Source of the DNA: an uncultured Gemmatimonadales bacterium | GTDB lineage: Bacteria; Gemmatimonadota; Gemmatimonadetes; Longimicrobiales; RSA9 | Length of the DNA stretch: 64,000 nucleotides | Direction of reading: 5' to 3' | Assembly: GCA_963708135.1 (NCBI GenBank) | Contig: OY970192.1 | Span: forward strand, 3,904,001 to 3,968,000 | Part shown: piece by piece, positions 41,092 through 49,970 of the stretch | Numbering within the stretch: position 1 is the first letter of the stretch | Layout of the letters: the number at the start of each line of letters is the position of its first letter | The notes under the pieces: generated by a model | What the model was told of the DNA's origin: nothing | What the model saw: the letters and a program-made list of their open reading frames with translations, nothing else | Database searches by the model: none | Made by a program: the position numbers and the translations under genes

Positions 41092-41982
41092 TCAGGACAC
41101 GCGGTCCGTGGCCCGCCTCCCCGCGCGCGGCCCGCGCCGCCGCTCGCCGCGCACGGCGCCCGGCGAGGCCGGCGGGGCGGCAGCGGCGGGCGGGGACGCG
41201 GCCGCGCCCCCGTCGCCTTCCGGCTGCCGCCGCCGCTCAGGCGCGCGCGTAGTCCACACGCGGTAGGCGCCGATCCCCGCCGCGCGCAGGAGCGGGTAGG
41301 CGACGTTGAAGACCGGGATCCCCGCGGGGGTCCGCCCTTCCGGGGTGCCGTGGTGCGCGTGGCCGTGGAAGATGACGGTCGCGCCGTGGGTCTCGAGTGG
41401 CGCCAGGTAGCGCGAGCAGCCGAGGAACGGGTAGATCTGCTTCGGCTCGCCCACCACCGTTTCCTCGATCGGCGCGTAGTGGAGCACGACGACCTTGATC
41501 TCCGTGTGCAGGTTCCGCAGCGCGTTCTCGAGGCGGAGCGCCTCGTCGATCGACTCCTGCACGAAGCGCTTGATCAACGGTTCCCCGAACGGCGCTAGAG
41601 AGCCGCGCCCGAAGCCGCCCGCGAAGCCCTTGCTGCCCACGAAGCCGATCCCGCCGAGCTCGATGCCGTCGCCGTCCAGGACGTGGACCCCGCCGTCGCG
41701 CAGGATCCGGCGCACCTCGACGTCCTCGCCGCTCTCGCAGTCGTGGTTGCCGAGCACGGCGACGATCGGGACCTGCACGCCCGCGAGCTCCTCCACCAGC
41801 ACCTTCGCCTCCGCGGCGCGGCCGCGCGTGGTGAGGTCGCCGGCAAGGACGAGATAGTCCGCGGCCGCGTTGATGCCGGCGAGCACGTCGAGCAACTCGC
41901 CCCGGTTCGACTCATCGACGTGGAGGTCGCCCACCGCGGCGATGCGGACCTCGCGCCGCTCCCGCGTCAAGTCACGCTGCAT
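41092..41982 (-). CDS. Calcineurin-like metallophosphoesterase
   Basis: GDLH, AGDLT, GNHD, HYAP, HGHAH motifs. Confidence 0.9.
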   Translation of the reverse strand: MQRDLTRERREVRIAAVGDLHVDESNRGELLDVLAGINAAADYLVLAGDLTTRGRAAEAKVLVEELAGVQVPIVAVLGNHDCESGEDVEVRRILRDGGVHVLDGDGIELGGIGFVGSKGFAGGFGRGSLAPFGEPLIKRFVQESIDEALRLENALRNLHTEIKVVVLHYAPIEETVVGEPKQIYPFLGCSRYLAPLETHGATVIFHGHAHHGTPEGRTPAGIPVFNVAYPLLRAAGIGAYRVWTTRAPERRRQPEGDGGAAASPPAAAAPPASPGAVRGERRRGPRAGRRATDRVS

Positions 41983-42886
41983 GGCTCGGCTGCTTCTCCT
42001 CCCAGATCTCGCTCTCCGCGATGGCGCGGACCTCCGGGTGCTCCCGTACCACCGCCACCGCCTCCGCGCGCGGATCGTGGAACCCCCACTCGTTGACGTC
42101 GATGGCGAAGGAGAACCCCGAGATCATGGTGCCCGCGCACAGTGCCGGATCGCCGGCCTCGCCGACCGCCTCGTACGCGCGCTCGTAGAGCTCCTCGCGC
42201 ACCCAGTTCGGGATGCGGCCGCGGTGGCCGGGGTAGACGTAGTCGAAGAGGTGAAGCTGCGCGAGCAGCAGCCGCCAGTTCTTCGCCACCCTGCCGAGCA
42301 GCCGCTCCCAGTCCAGCTCGTCGCCCCGACAGAGGATCAGGTGCACCACGTCCGCCATGTCCCAGCGGTGGCGCTCCGACACGAACAGCCGGTGCCAGAT
42401 CAGCTCCTCGGGCGGCGCGATCCGCACCGGCACCGCCGCCAGGATGCCGGCCCGCGAGTGCGTGTACCACGCCTCGTCCAGCAGGTCGAGGCCGTTGCCC
42501 ATGCCGTAGATCAGGTCCACCAGCTTGCCGTCCGCCCACGCCTTGGCCAGCCAGTGCGGCTGCTCCAGGTGGACGTGAAAGCCGGCCTCTTTCAGCGCGG
42601 CCGCGGCCGGCAGCACGTTGCGCGGCTCGAAGAAGAGGTCGAGGTCCTTCGTCTTCCTGTAGATCCCCGTGTACTCGTAGATCGCGTACAGCCCGCTCAC
42701 GATGAACGGCACGCCCGCCTGCGAGAGCGCCCGCAGCGCCCGCTGGTAGACGCGCCGCTCCTCGTCGGGGATCCAGAACTCGCCGTGGGTCAGCGACTTC
42801 TGCTCCTCGCGCGTCAGCTCCGGCGCCTCCCGCGCGCCCGTGCCGGCGGGCGGCGCGGGTCCCCTCGGCTCAGCTTCCAAAACCAT
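41972..42886 (-). CDS. Nucleotidyltransferase family protein
   Basis: SGLYAIYEYTG..R.TKDLDLF (pol-beta superfamily DxD), HWLAKA, VDLI. Confidence 0.85.
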   Translation of the reverse strand: MVLEAEPRGPAPPAGTGAREAPELTREEQKSLTHGEFWIPDEERRVYQRALRALSQAGVPFIVSGLYAIYEYTGIYRKTKDLDLFFEPRNVLPAAAALKEAGFHVHLEQPHWLAKAWADGKLVDLIYGMGNGLDLLDEAWYTHSRAGILAAVPVRIAPPEELIWHRLFVSERHRWDMADVVHLILCRGDELDWERLLGRVAKNWRLLLAQLHLFDYVYPGHRGRIPNWVREELYERAYEAVGEAGDPALCAGTMISGFSFAIDVNEWGFHDPRAEAVAVVREHPEVRAIAESEIWEEKQPSHAA

Positions 42887-42972
42887 CCCTCCCGTCGATC
42901 CGCATGCCGTTGCGGGAGCAAGGTTTGGGCCGCGCTACCGCCACTCCCGCCGAGGCGTTAGCTTGTGCGGCG

Positions 42973-43620
42973 ATGCCCGACTGGAAGAAGGTGTGGAACG
43001 AGGCGGTGGAGAACTTCTACCGCGAGCTGGGCGAGGACGAGGACGGCGGCCCGGCGCGCACGCGCGCCATGCGCCGCGAGCTCGATGCCGCCCGCCACGA
43101 AGTCGAGCGCCTGGAGGCGGAGACCGCCGACGCGGCGCGTGGCGCGGCCGAGGAGCGCGCGGAGGAGGCCGTGTGCCAGCGTCGCCGGGCCCAGGCGGAG
43201 CGCATCGAGGATGCCGAAACCGTCCGCCTGGCCATCGCCTGGGCCATCCGCCACGCCCGCCGTGCCGCCGTGCTCGACCGCAAGACCGAGGTGCTGCGCG
43301 CCGAGCTCGAGCTGCGCCGCGCCGACCTCGCCGAGATGGAGGAGGCCCTCGGCGCGCTCTCCTCCGGAGAGGACGCCGCCACCGGCTCCATGGGCTCTGG
43401 CCCAGTGGACGAATCGAGCCGAGGCACGGGTCCGGCCAGCGGCGGGAGCGCGGGCGAGGATCGGACGGGCGCTCCGGGCGGCGGCCCTCCGCCCCGGGAC
43501 CTCTTCGAGGAGGAGCGCCTGCGTCAGGAGCGCGAGCGGGAGTTCCGGCGCCTCGATCGCGAGGCGCGGGAGCGTGCGGCGGAGGCCCGCCTCGAGGAGC
43601 TCAAGCGAAAGATGCGCTGA
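42973..43620 (+). CDS. Hypothetical coiled-coil protein (PspA-like C-terminus)
   Basis: Heptad-rich; ends AEARLEELKRKMR. Confidence 0.65.
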   Translation: MPDWKKVWNEAVENFYRELGEDEDGGPARTRAMRRELDAARHEVERLEAETADAARGAAEERAEEAVCQRRRAQAERIEDAETVRLAIAWAIRHARRAAVLDRKTEVLRAELELRRADLAEMEEALGALSSGEDAATGSMGSGPVDESSRGTGPASGGSAGEDRTGAPGGGPPPRDLFEEERLRQEREREFRRLDREARERAAEARLEELKRKMR

Positions 43621-43635
43621 GGCGCTGAGCTCCGC

Positions 43636-45042
43636 TCAGGGCGGCAGCAGCCGCTCCGCATCGCGAGCGCGCTGGAGGAGCGGCGCGGCCACGGCGGCCA
43701 GCGGGCGGCCGGCGTCGAACGGGTCGCCGGGGGCGAGCACGTCGTGCGGCGTGTAGGTGCCCGCCGCCGGGTAGGCCACGACGAGGGCCACGTCGAGCGC
43801 GGCACTGTCGCCGGGTGCGAGCGTGAGCGGCCCCACGCTCAGGCTCATCCGGTAGTCGTTGGGCTGGTCCGGCACGTAGCCGACGCTCGGGCTGGTGTTG
43901 TCGGGCAGCAGCGTCTGCGTGCCGCTCATCATCTCCCACCCGAACGCCTCGTTCTGGTTGCCCGCGAACCAGTCCAGCGCGTGCGCCCCGATCTTGAGCG
44001 GCCACGAGTTCAGCACCATGTCCCCGACCCCGGCGGGCCCGCGCAGCAGGCGCAGCCCCACCAGGGCCGGCCGGGTCGAGTCGGCGTCGAACCCGAGCTC
44101 GAAGAAGTCCGAGTCGTAGGTGTAGACCAGGTTCATCCCGGGCGCGTAGCTCACCTGGTCGTCATCCGCCTCCCCGACGTCCGCGTCCATCCCGAACCCT
44201 ATGTACGCCTGCGTGTACGTGATCCCGCCCGCCGGCACCACCCGGTCGAACTGCCGGTAGCTCGCGCTCGCCGTGATGTTGCGGAACACCAGGTGGACCA
44301 GCAGGGCGCCATCGAGGTCGGAGCGCCCGGTGATCGTCTGGTCCACCGCGATCCCGCGCAGCGTGGACTGGTTGACGAAGTACGGCGACGGGCTGATCCA
44401 GGTGGTCCTGCGCACCACAAGGGCGCCGCCGTCCGAGCTCTCGCCCGTCGCCGGGCGGCCCAGCCAGTACGACGTCGGAAACTGCCCGTTGAAGGTGTAC
44501 ACACCGGCCGACACCGGCGCCGAGTCCGGCGCCGGCCGGGCGGCGAAGATCGCGGCCGCGCCGGCCGAGTAGCCGTTCGTCGATGAGGCCGGCCAGAGTA
44601 GCCCGGCCGTGGCGCCGGTGAGATAGAACGGCATGCCCGCCGGATCCGTCGTGAAGCGCAGCCCCGCCGCCTCGTGCAGCTTCGAGATGAACGCCAGGCA
44701 GTTCGGGTCCGCGCAGCGGGCGAGAAGCGGGAGCGTTATGGACGCGGGCGCGTCGCTCCCGAAGTTGAGGGTGATGTCGTAGCCGTAGGGGACGCCGTCG
44801 CGGACCGCGCTCACCCCGAGCGAGTGCGGGCCGCTCGGGATGCGCCGCACCGTGTCCGGCGTGGTCTGCCCCGTCTCCTGTCCATCGATCGTGACCGTTG
44901 CGCCCTCCGGATCGGTCGCGACGAAGATCTGCTGGCTCCCCTCCTCCGGGCCCGGGGCCGGCGGCCGCACGAGATCGGGTTGGCGGCAACCGGCCAGCGT
45001 CGCCGCCCCGAGCAGCAGCACCGCCTGCATTGCCTTCCGCAT
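43636..45042 (-). CDS. PEGA-domain lipoprotein
   Basis: Lipobox LAGC; VATDPEGATVTIDG..TG.TTP PEGA signature. Confidence 0.75.
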   Translation of the reverse strand: MRKAMQAVLLLGAATLAGCRQPDLVRPPAPGPEEGSQQIFVATDPEGATVTIDGQETGQTTPDTVRRIPSGPHSLGVSAVRDGVPYGYDITLNFGSDAPASITLPLLARCADPNCLAFISKLHEAAGLRFTTDPAGMPFYLTGATAGLLWPASSTNGYSAGAAAIFAARPAPDSAPVSAGVYTFNGQFPTSYWLGRPATGESSDGGALVVRRTTWISPSPYFVNQSTLRGIAVDQTITGRSDLDGALLVHLVFRNITASASYRQFDRVVPAGGITYTQAYIGFGMDADVGEADDDQVSYAPGMNLVYTYDSDFFELGFDADSTRPALVGLRLLRGPAGVGDMVLNSWPLKIGAHALDWFAGNQNEAFGWEMMSGTQTLLPDNTSPSVGYVPDQPNDYRMSLSVGPLTLAPGDSAALDVALVVAYPAAGTYTPHDVLAPGDPFDAGRPLAAVAAPLLQRARDAERLLPP

Positions 45043-45157
45043 CGCGAGCTCCCTTCCGGCCGGTCACGCGCGGAGCACGTGGGTCCTCTGGCGTCGAGGG
45101 GCCGCGCCGCGCGACCCCTTCGATTCCTACACCACCACCGCCCGCGATGCTCCGGCC

Positions 45158-45460
45158 TCAGGTCCGCTCCGGCTCGTTCTCCTGGCCGGCGGAGGTCCAG
45201 TCCAGCACGACCTTCGCGCGCCGCGCGGACTCGAGCGCCTGCTCGAGCTCGTCCAGGACGTAGCGCGCGCGCCGCGTCCGGTGCTCCGGGGCGAGGCTGT
45301 CGCCCTCCATCTCCGAGACCGCCTCGATCACGTGGCAGGCGCGGCGGACGACCTCCCAGAGCTGCTGGCGGTCGAACCGGTCATCGCAGCGGTGCATCTT
45401 CTCATCGGCGGTACGGTCGATCTCCTGGACCACCAACTTGATCTGGTCACTGGCGAGCAT
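45158..45460 (-). CDS. Hypothetical protein
   Basis: GGAGG RBS, MLASDQIKLVVQEIDR...; good codon bias. Confidence 0.6.
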   Translation of the reverse strand: MLASDQIKLVVQEIDRTADEKMHRCDDRFDRQQLWEVVRRACHVIEAVSEMEGDSLAPEHRTRRARYVLDELEQALESARRAKVVLDWTSAGQENEPERT

Positions 45461-45609
45461 TGCTGGCCTCCGTGGCGCTGCGGTCATGCGAGCAGGATGC
45501 GTCAGCCATGATGCAAGCCGCGCTCCGCCCCGCGGCCCGGAAGGGGCGTGCGCGAGTCGGAGCGCGCCAGCCCCGGCGCCCGGCACCTGCCGGGGCGCGG
45601 GGCTTCGGC

Positions 45610-47367
45610 CTACTTGACGCCCATGGTCAGCTTCCGGGCCCACGGGCTCACCACGAGCGCGAGCACGCCCGCGCCGCCGGCGAAGATCGCGACACCTCGG
45701 AACAGCGCCGCCGGCGCCAGAGTGGCGAGGCTGCCCGCCATCAATCCAGCAAAGACCTCGCCCAGCGCCGTGGCGATGAACCAGACGCCCATCATCTGAC
45801 CGACACGGCCCGCCGGCGCCAGCTTCGTCATGGACGAAAGCCCGACCGGCGAGAGCGAGAGCTCGCCGCACGTGTGCAGGAAGTACGTCACGACCAGCCA
45901 GGCGACGGAGACGCGAGCCCCGTTCGTCGCGTACGCCGCCCCCCACGACAGCACGAAGAACCCGGCGGCCACCCCCAGCAGGCCGAGCCCGAACTTCGCC
46001 GGGATCGATGGGTTGGCGTTGCGCGCGGCCAGCCACGTCCACAGCCAGCCGAACACCGGCGCCATCACGATGATGAAGAACGGGTTCACGTTCTGCAGCC
46101 ATGTGGCGGGCATCTCCCAGCCGAAGAACGTGCGGTCCGTCAGCTTCTCGGCGAACAGGTTCATGGACGAGCCGGCCTGCTCGAACCCCGCCCAGAAGAT
46201 CGCCGCCAGCAGAAACAGCCAGAAGATCAGCATCAGCCGCTTCTTCTCCACCGTCACCCGCTGGGCGCGCGTGGCCAGCACCCCCAGGTTCAACACCACG
46301 AACGCGCCCAGGGTCGCCACGATCGCCCACTGCCCGCCCACCACCGCCCCGCCCGACGTCGAGGTGAAGACGAAGCTCAGGGCCACGAAGAGCGCCAGCA
46401 TCGCCGCCGCCCAGCGCGCGTCGTAGATGAGCCAGCTGAAGAACAGGATCGTCACCAGCAGGATCGAGTAGCCCACCCATGTAACGAACGCGTCCAGCGT
46501 GATCGGAAGCACCCCCGTCACCGTCAGCCAGACGAACAGCGCCGACACCGCCGCGATCCCGGCGGCGGTCAGGTAGAAGCGCTGCGTGCGCCGGTTCATC
46601 GCCTCGCTGCCCCTCTCACCCTCCGCCAGCAGTCCGGCACTGCCCAGGTACCGCGCCCCCCAGCGGTACTGCGCCAGCCCCAGCAGCATCCCGAACCCCG
46701 CCGCGGAGAAGCCCCAGTGCCAGTTCACCTTCTCGCCCAGCGTGCCGCAGATGAACGGGCCCAGCAGCGCCCCCACGTTGATCCCCATGTAGAATACCGA
46801 GAACGCCGCATCCCGCCGCGCGCCCCAGGACCGCGCCACGGCCTCCGACTCGATGTTCGCCGGCCGCGGGTACAGCTCCCCCACCATGGTGCTCACGTTC
46901 GGCTTGAGCAGCCCCGTGCCGATCACGATGAAGAACAGCCCCAGGAAGAACGTCGGCACCGTCGGCAGCCCGATGAGCGGCGCCGCCAGCGTGAAGTGCC
47001 CGAGAGCGATGATGCACCCGCCCACGAAGACCGCCCGCCGCTGCCCCCACAGCTTGTCCGCCACCCAACCGCCCGGCAGCGACAGGAGATAGACCATGGA
47101 CATGTACAGGCCGTAGATCGCGCTCGCCTTCCGCACGCCGAACGCCAGCCCCGGGTTCGCCCCCGCCGCCGCCGCCGTCATGAAGAGGATCAGCAGCGCC
47201 CGCATCCCGTAGAACGAGAAGCGCTCCCACATCTCCGTGAAGAACAGCACGCGGAGTCCGCGCGGATGCCCGAAGAAGCCCCGGTCGAGCGCCGCGCTGT
47301 CGGTGCCCGGCGCCGCCAGCGTTGGCGAGCCGCCGCCGGACACCTCGGTCATTGGGTCTTTGGCCAT
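45610..47367 (-). CDS. POT/PTR proton-dependent oligopeptide transporter
   Basis: GHPRGL, EMWERFSFYGMR, GGWVAD, KPN, FYMGIN, GELSLSPVGLS. Confidence 0.95.
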   Translation of the reverse strand: MAKDPMTEVSGGGSPTLAAPGTDSAALDRGFFGHPRGLRVLFFTEMWERFSFYGMRALLILFMTAAAAGANPGLAFGVRKASAIYGLYMSMVYLLSLPGGWVADKLWGQRRAVFVGGCIIALGHFTLAAPLIGLPTVPTFFLGLFFIVIGTGLLKPNVSTMVGELYPRPANIESEAVARSWGARRDAAFSVFYMGINVGALLGPFICGTLGEKVNWHWGFSAAGFGMLLGLAQYRWGARYLGSAGLLAEGERGSEAMNRRTQRFYLTAAGIAAVSALFVWLTVTGVLPITLDAFVTWVGYSILLVTILFFSWLIYDARWAAAMLALFVALSFVFTSTSGGAVVGGQWAIVATLGAFVVLNLGVLATRAQRVTVEKKRLMLIFWLFLLAAIFWAGFEQAGSSMNLFAEKLTDRTFFGWEMPATWLQNVNPFFIIVMAPVFGWLWTWLAARNANPSIPAKFGLGLLGVAAGFFVLSWGAAYATNGARVSVAWLVVTYFLHTCGELSLSPVGLSSMTKLAPAGRVGQMMGVWFIATALGEVFAGLMAGSLATLAPAALFRGVAIFAGGAGVLALVVSPWARKLTMGVK

Positions 47368-47702
47368 GGAGGGTCCACTTCGCGAGTGTCGGGGGACCAC
47401 GGCCGCCCGTGGGCGGCGGCGCGGCCGGTCGGCGCTCCCCGCGCGGGCGAGGGGCCTCGCCGGCGGGGCACGGACCTGAGGACCGCCCAATCTAAAGCGG
47501 ACCTCCGCCCCGGCGCCACTCACCCGCCGACGCCCCAGCGACTTACAGTCCGCACCGTCCTCCCCGCGTCGGGCGGAGTCGGCGGGCGGGCTCGGCGGGG
47601 CGGCTTCGAGGCGGCCCGAGGCCTGAGGTGTCGTGCCCATCCCGCCATGGCTCCGCCCGGATCGCCGCGGCACCTTGGAACCGCACGGCGCACGGAGGGC
47701 GC

Positions 47703-48857
47703 ATGGATCCGTTCGGTCAGCTGCTCGGGGAAAGCGATGCCGCGGAGGCGGCGCGCCGGTTCGGCCGCCTCGCGGCCGGCGTGGATGCGCCGGTCCTGCT
47801 CACGGGCGAGAGTGGAACCGGGAAGGGGCTGCTCGCGCGCGCGATCCACGCGGCGTCCGGCCGCCATCGCGGGCCTTTCGTCGCCATCAACTGCGCCGGC
47901 GTGCCGGAGACCCTCTTCGAGAGCCAGTTCTTCGGCCACGACCGCGGCGCCTTCACCGGCGCCCAGCAGCAGCACCGCGGCCTCTTCGAGCAGGCGCATC
48001 GCGGCACGCTGTTTCTCGACGAGATCGGCGAGCTCGCCCCGACGCTCCAGGCCAAGCTCCTCACCGCCCTCGAGGATGGCGAGATCCGACGCGTCGGCGG
48101 CGAGGTCACCATCCGCGTGGACGCCCGCGTCGTCGCCGCCACGGGCCGCGACCTCGAGGCCGCCGTCGCCTCCGGCACCTTCCGCCGCGACCTGTTCCAC
48201 CGCCTGCACGTCCTCTCCTTCCGCCTGCCGGCCCTGCGCGAGCGCGCGACCGACCTCGACCTCCTCATCGCCCACTACCTCGACCATTACCGCGGCCGCT
48301 ACGGCCGCGCCGGCGTCCGCTTCGAGCCCGCCGCCCTCGACCGCCTGCGCCGCTATCCGTGGCCCGGCAACGTCCGCGAGCTCGCCCACGCCGTCGAGGC
48401 CGCCCTCCTGCGCGCCACCGACGGCCGCATCGGCATGGACGCGCTCCCCGCCGCGCTCCGGGGCCGCGGCTGGCGGGGCGAGCCTCGTCCCGTCCCTGCC
48501 CCGCGTGCCGAACCGGCGGGCGGGCGGCCGACGACCGGCAACGGCGCGGCCGCGCACGCTCCGAACGGCCGTGTGGACCGGGTCGCGGAAGGGAACGGCC
48601 ACGCCGCACTCCATCCGGCCAATGATCCCGGCGCCGGCAGGTACCTCCCCGACGCGAACGGCTCCGTCGCCGGCACCCCGGCCGCCCCGGACGCCCGGCG
48701 CCGCTACTCCTTCTGGGGCTCCGCCGAGGAAGAGCGCCGCCGGATCCTCGACACGCTCCGCCTCTGCCACGGCAACAAGACCCGCGCCGCTGCCGCCCTC
48801 GGCATGTCGCGCAACACCCTCCGCGCCCGGCTCCGCGCCTGGGGCGCGGCCGACTGA
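47703..48857 (+). CDS. Sigma-54 enhancer-binding protein lacking an N-terminal sensory domain
   Basis: GESGTGK, GAFTGA, LFLDEIGE, FRRDLFHRL, WPGNVREL; C-terminal GNKTRAAAALGMSRNTL HTH. Confidence 0.92.
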   Translation: MDPFGQLLGESDAAEAARRFGRLAAGVDAPVLLTGESGTGKGLLARAIHAASGRHRGPFVAINCAGVPETLFESQFFGHDRGAFTGAQQQHRGLFEQAHRGTLFLDEIGELAPTLQAKLLTALEDGEIRRVGGEVTIRVDARVVAATGRDLEAAVASGTFRRDLFHRLHVLSFRLPALRERATDLDLLIAHYLDHYRGRYGRAGVRFEPAALDRLRRYPWPGNVRELAHAVEAALLRATDGRIGMDALPAALRGRGWRGEPRPVPAPRAEPAGGRPTTGNGAAAHAPNGRVDRVAEGNGHAALHPANDPGAGRYLPDANGSVAGTPAAPDARRRYSFWGSAEEERRRILDTLRLCHGNKTRAAAALGMSRNTLRARLRAWGAAD

Positions 48858-49016
48858 TCCGGCCGGTCCAGCCATTCCGCCGCCCCGTCCGCGCACCCGT
48901 CCGGCGCCCGGTCGCCGGTCACGCGCGCCTGCTTCCGGTCAGAGGCTCCGTGGGCGGCGAGGCGCCGGCGCGTCCATACACATATGTCTGATAACGACTT
49001 GCGACCATCACGCCGC

Positions 49017-49033
49017 ACGGTACGCATGGTGCC
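49017..49033 (+). promoter_or_regulatory. Putative sigma-54 -24/-12 promoter for the peptide genes
   Basis: ACGGTACG-CATG-GTGC has correct GG-N10-GC spacing about 46 nt before precursor 1; AT-rich IHF-like TAACGACTTG at 48992-49001. Confidence 0.55.
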
Positions 49034-49078
49034 CATCGCCCCGGCGCCCCGCCACCCCACTCGAACAGGAGGTGCACC

Positions 49079-49264
49079 ATGCGGAACGATCCGATCAGCC
49101 TCGCAACGATCCCGCCCGCGGACCTCGCCGCCATCGCCGGCGGCGAGGACGGCGGCTGGCTCCAGACCGTCGCCTACTACATCGGGTACGCCGTCGGCGC
49201 CACCGTCGCCATGGCGGAAACCCAGCCGCCCGCGTCGTACTCCTACGCCAAGGTCGGATACTGA
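49079..49264 (+). CDS. Double-glycine leader precursor peptide 1 (61 aa)
   Basis: AGGAGG RBS; leader ...IPPADLAAIAGG; core EDGGWLQTVAYYIGYAVGATVAMAETQPPASYSYAKVGY. Confidence 0.85.
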   Translation: MRNDPISLATIPPADLAAIAGGEDGGWLQTVAYYIGYAVGATVAMAETQPPASYSYAKVGY

Positions 49265-49305
49265 TCTCCGACCCCGACCATCACCACGCAAGACGGGAGG
49301 ATCCC

Positions 49306-49500
49306 ATGTTCGCAACGCAGCAGGCGGCCGCCCGCGGCGGCCTGATCGTCGATCTCTCGCCGTCCGAGCAGGCCTCCATTCTCGGGGGGGACTCCATCTG
49401 GGAGATCCTGCTCAAGGCGGTCGTCAACTACGTCGTCGATCACTCCGACGAGGCCGTCAACGGCTTCATCCAGGGCTACCAGGACGGCTACGCCGGGTAA
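49306..49500 (+). CDS. Double-glycine leader precursor peptide 2 (64 aa)
   Basis: GGAGG RBS; leader ...DLSPSEQASILGG; core DSIWEILLKAVVNYVVDHSDEAVNGFIQGYQDGYAG. Confidence 0.88.
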   Translation: MFATQQAAARGGLIVDLSPSEQASILGGDSIWEILLKAVVNYVVDHSDEAVNGFIQGYQDGYAG

Positions 49501-49634
49501 CGGACCCTTTCGGCCGGGCGGCTCCGGGCGGCCGGCGGGGGCCCGGAGCCGTCTCGGCCGGACACGTTCCCGCGCCGGGGCCCGGCTCCGATCCGGCCTG
49601 GCGAAGCAGCTCACCACTCGAAACGGAGGATCCC

Positions 49635-49826
49635 ATGCGCGCAACGCAGCCGAGGGCCGCCCATGGCGGCCGACTGGTCGATCTGCCGCCGGCCGAGGCG
49701 GCATCCATCGCCGGTGGTGACAACATCTTTGATCAGATCATTCCGACCGGCACCACCGAGCTCAAGCTCATCGAGCAGGTCGTCAACGGCTTCATCGCGG
49801 GGTTCAAAGCCGGTTATGCCGGCTGA
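49635..49826 (+). CDS. Double-glycine leader precursor peptide 3 (63 aa)
   Basis: GGAGG RBS; leader ...DLPPAEAASIAGG; core DNIFDQIIPTGTTELKLIEQVVNGFIAGFKAGYAG. Confidence 0.88.
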   Translation: MRATQPRAAHGGRLVDLPPAEAASIAGGDNIFDQIIPTGTTELKLIEQVVNGFIAGFKAGYAG

Positions 49827-49970
49827 ACCTCTCGGACCGGCCGATTCCGCTATGGCCGCGCCCGCGGCGGCACCGCACCGTTGCACCAGCTGCCGCGGGC
49901 ACCCCCCCCGCGCCGGCGTGGCATTCGGCCGCACCTTCCACCTAGCGTCGCGATGGCGAGAGGAGACTCC

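Noticed and set aside
39822..42886. CBASS or other anti-phage system (NTase plus PLD)
   Set aside because: Genes are convergent, the PLD looks like an ordinary cardiolipin synthase, and the NTase lacks recognisable CD-NTase features.
42973..43620. PspA partner regulating the sensor-less bEBP at 47703
   Set aside because: Only generic coiled-coil similarity, and it lies 4 kb away with unrelated genes between.
45460..49500. 1346-aa ORF and other very long Arg/Ala/Pro-rich ORFs (e.g. 27848-31045, 16738-19608, 49611-52148)
   Set aside because: Antisense or off-frame artefacts of high GC; only the last 64 codons of this ORF are a real gene (precursor 2).
49079..49826. Lanthipeptide or other modified RiPP
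   Set aside because: Cores have no Cys, and no LanM, YcaO, radical SAM or other tailoring gene is adjacent.
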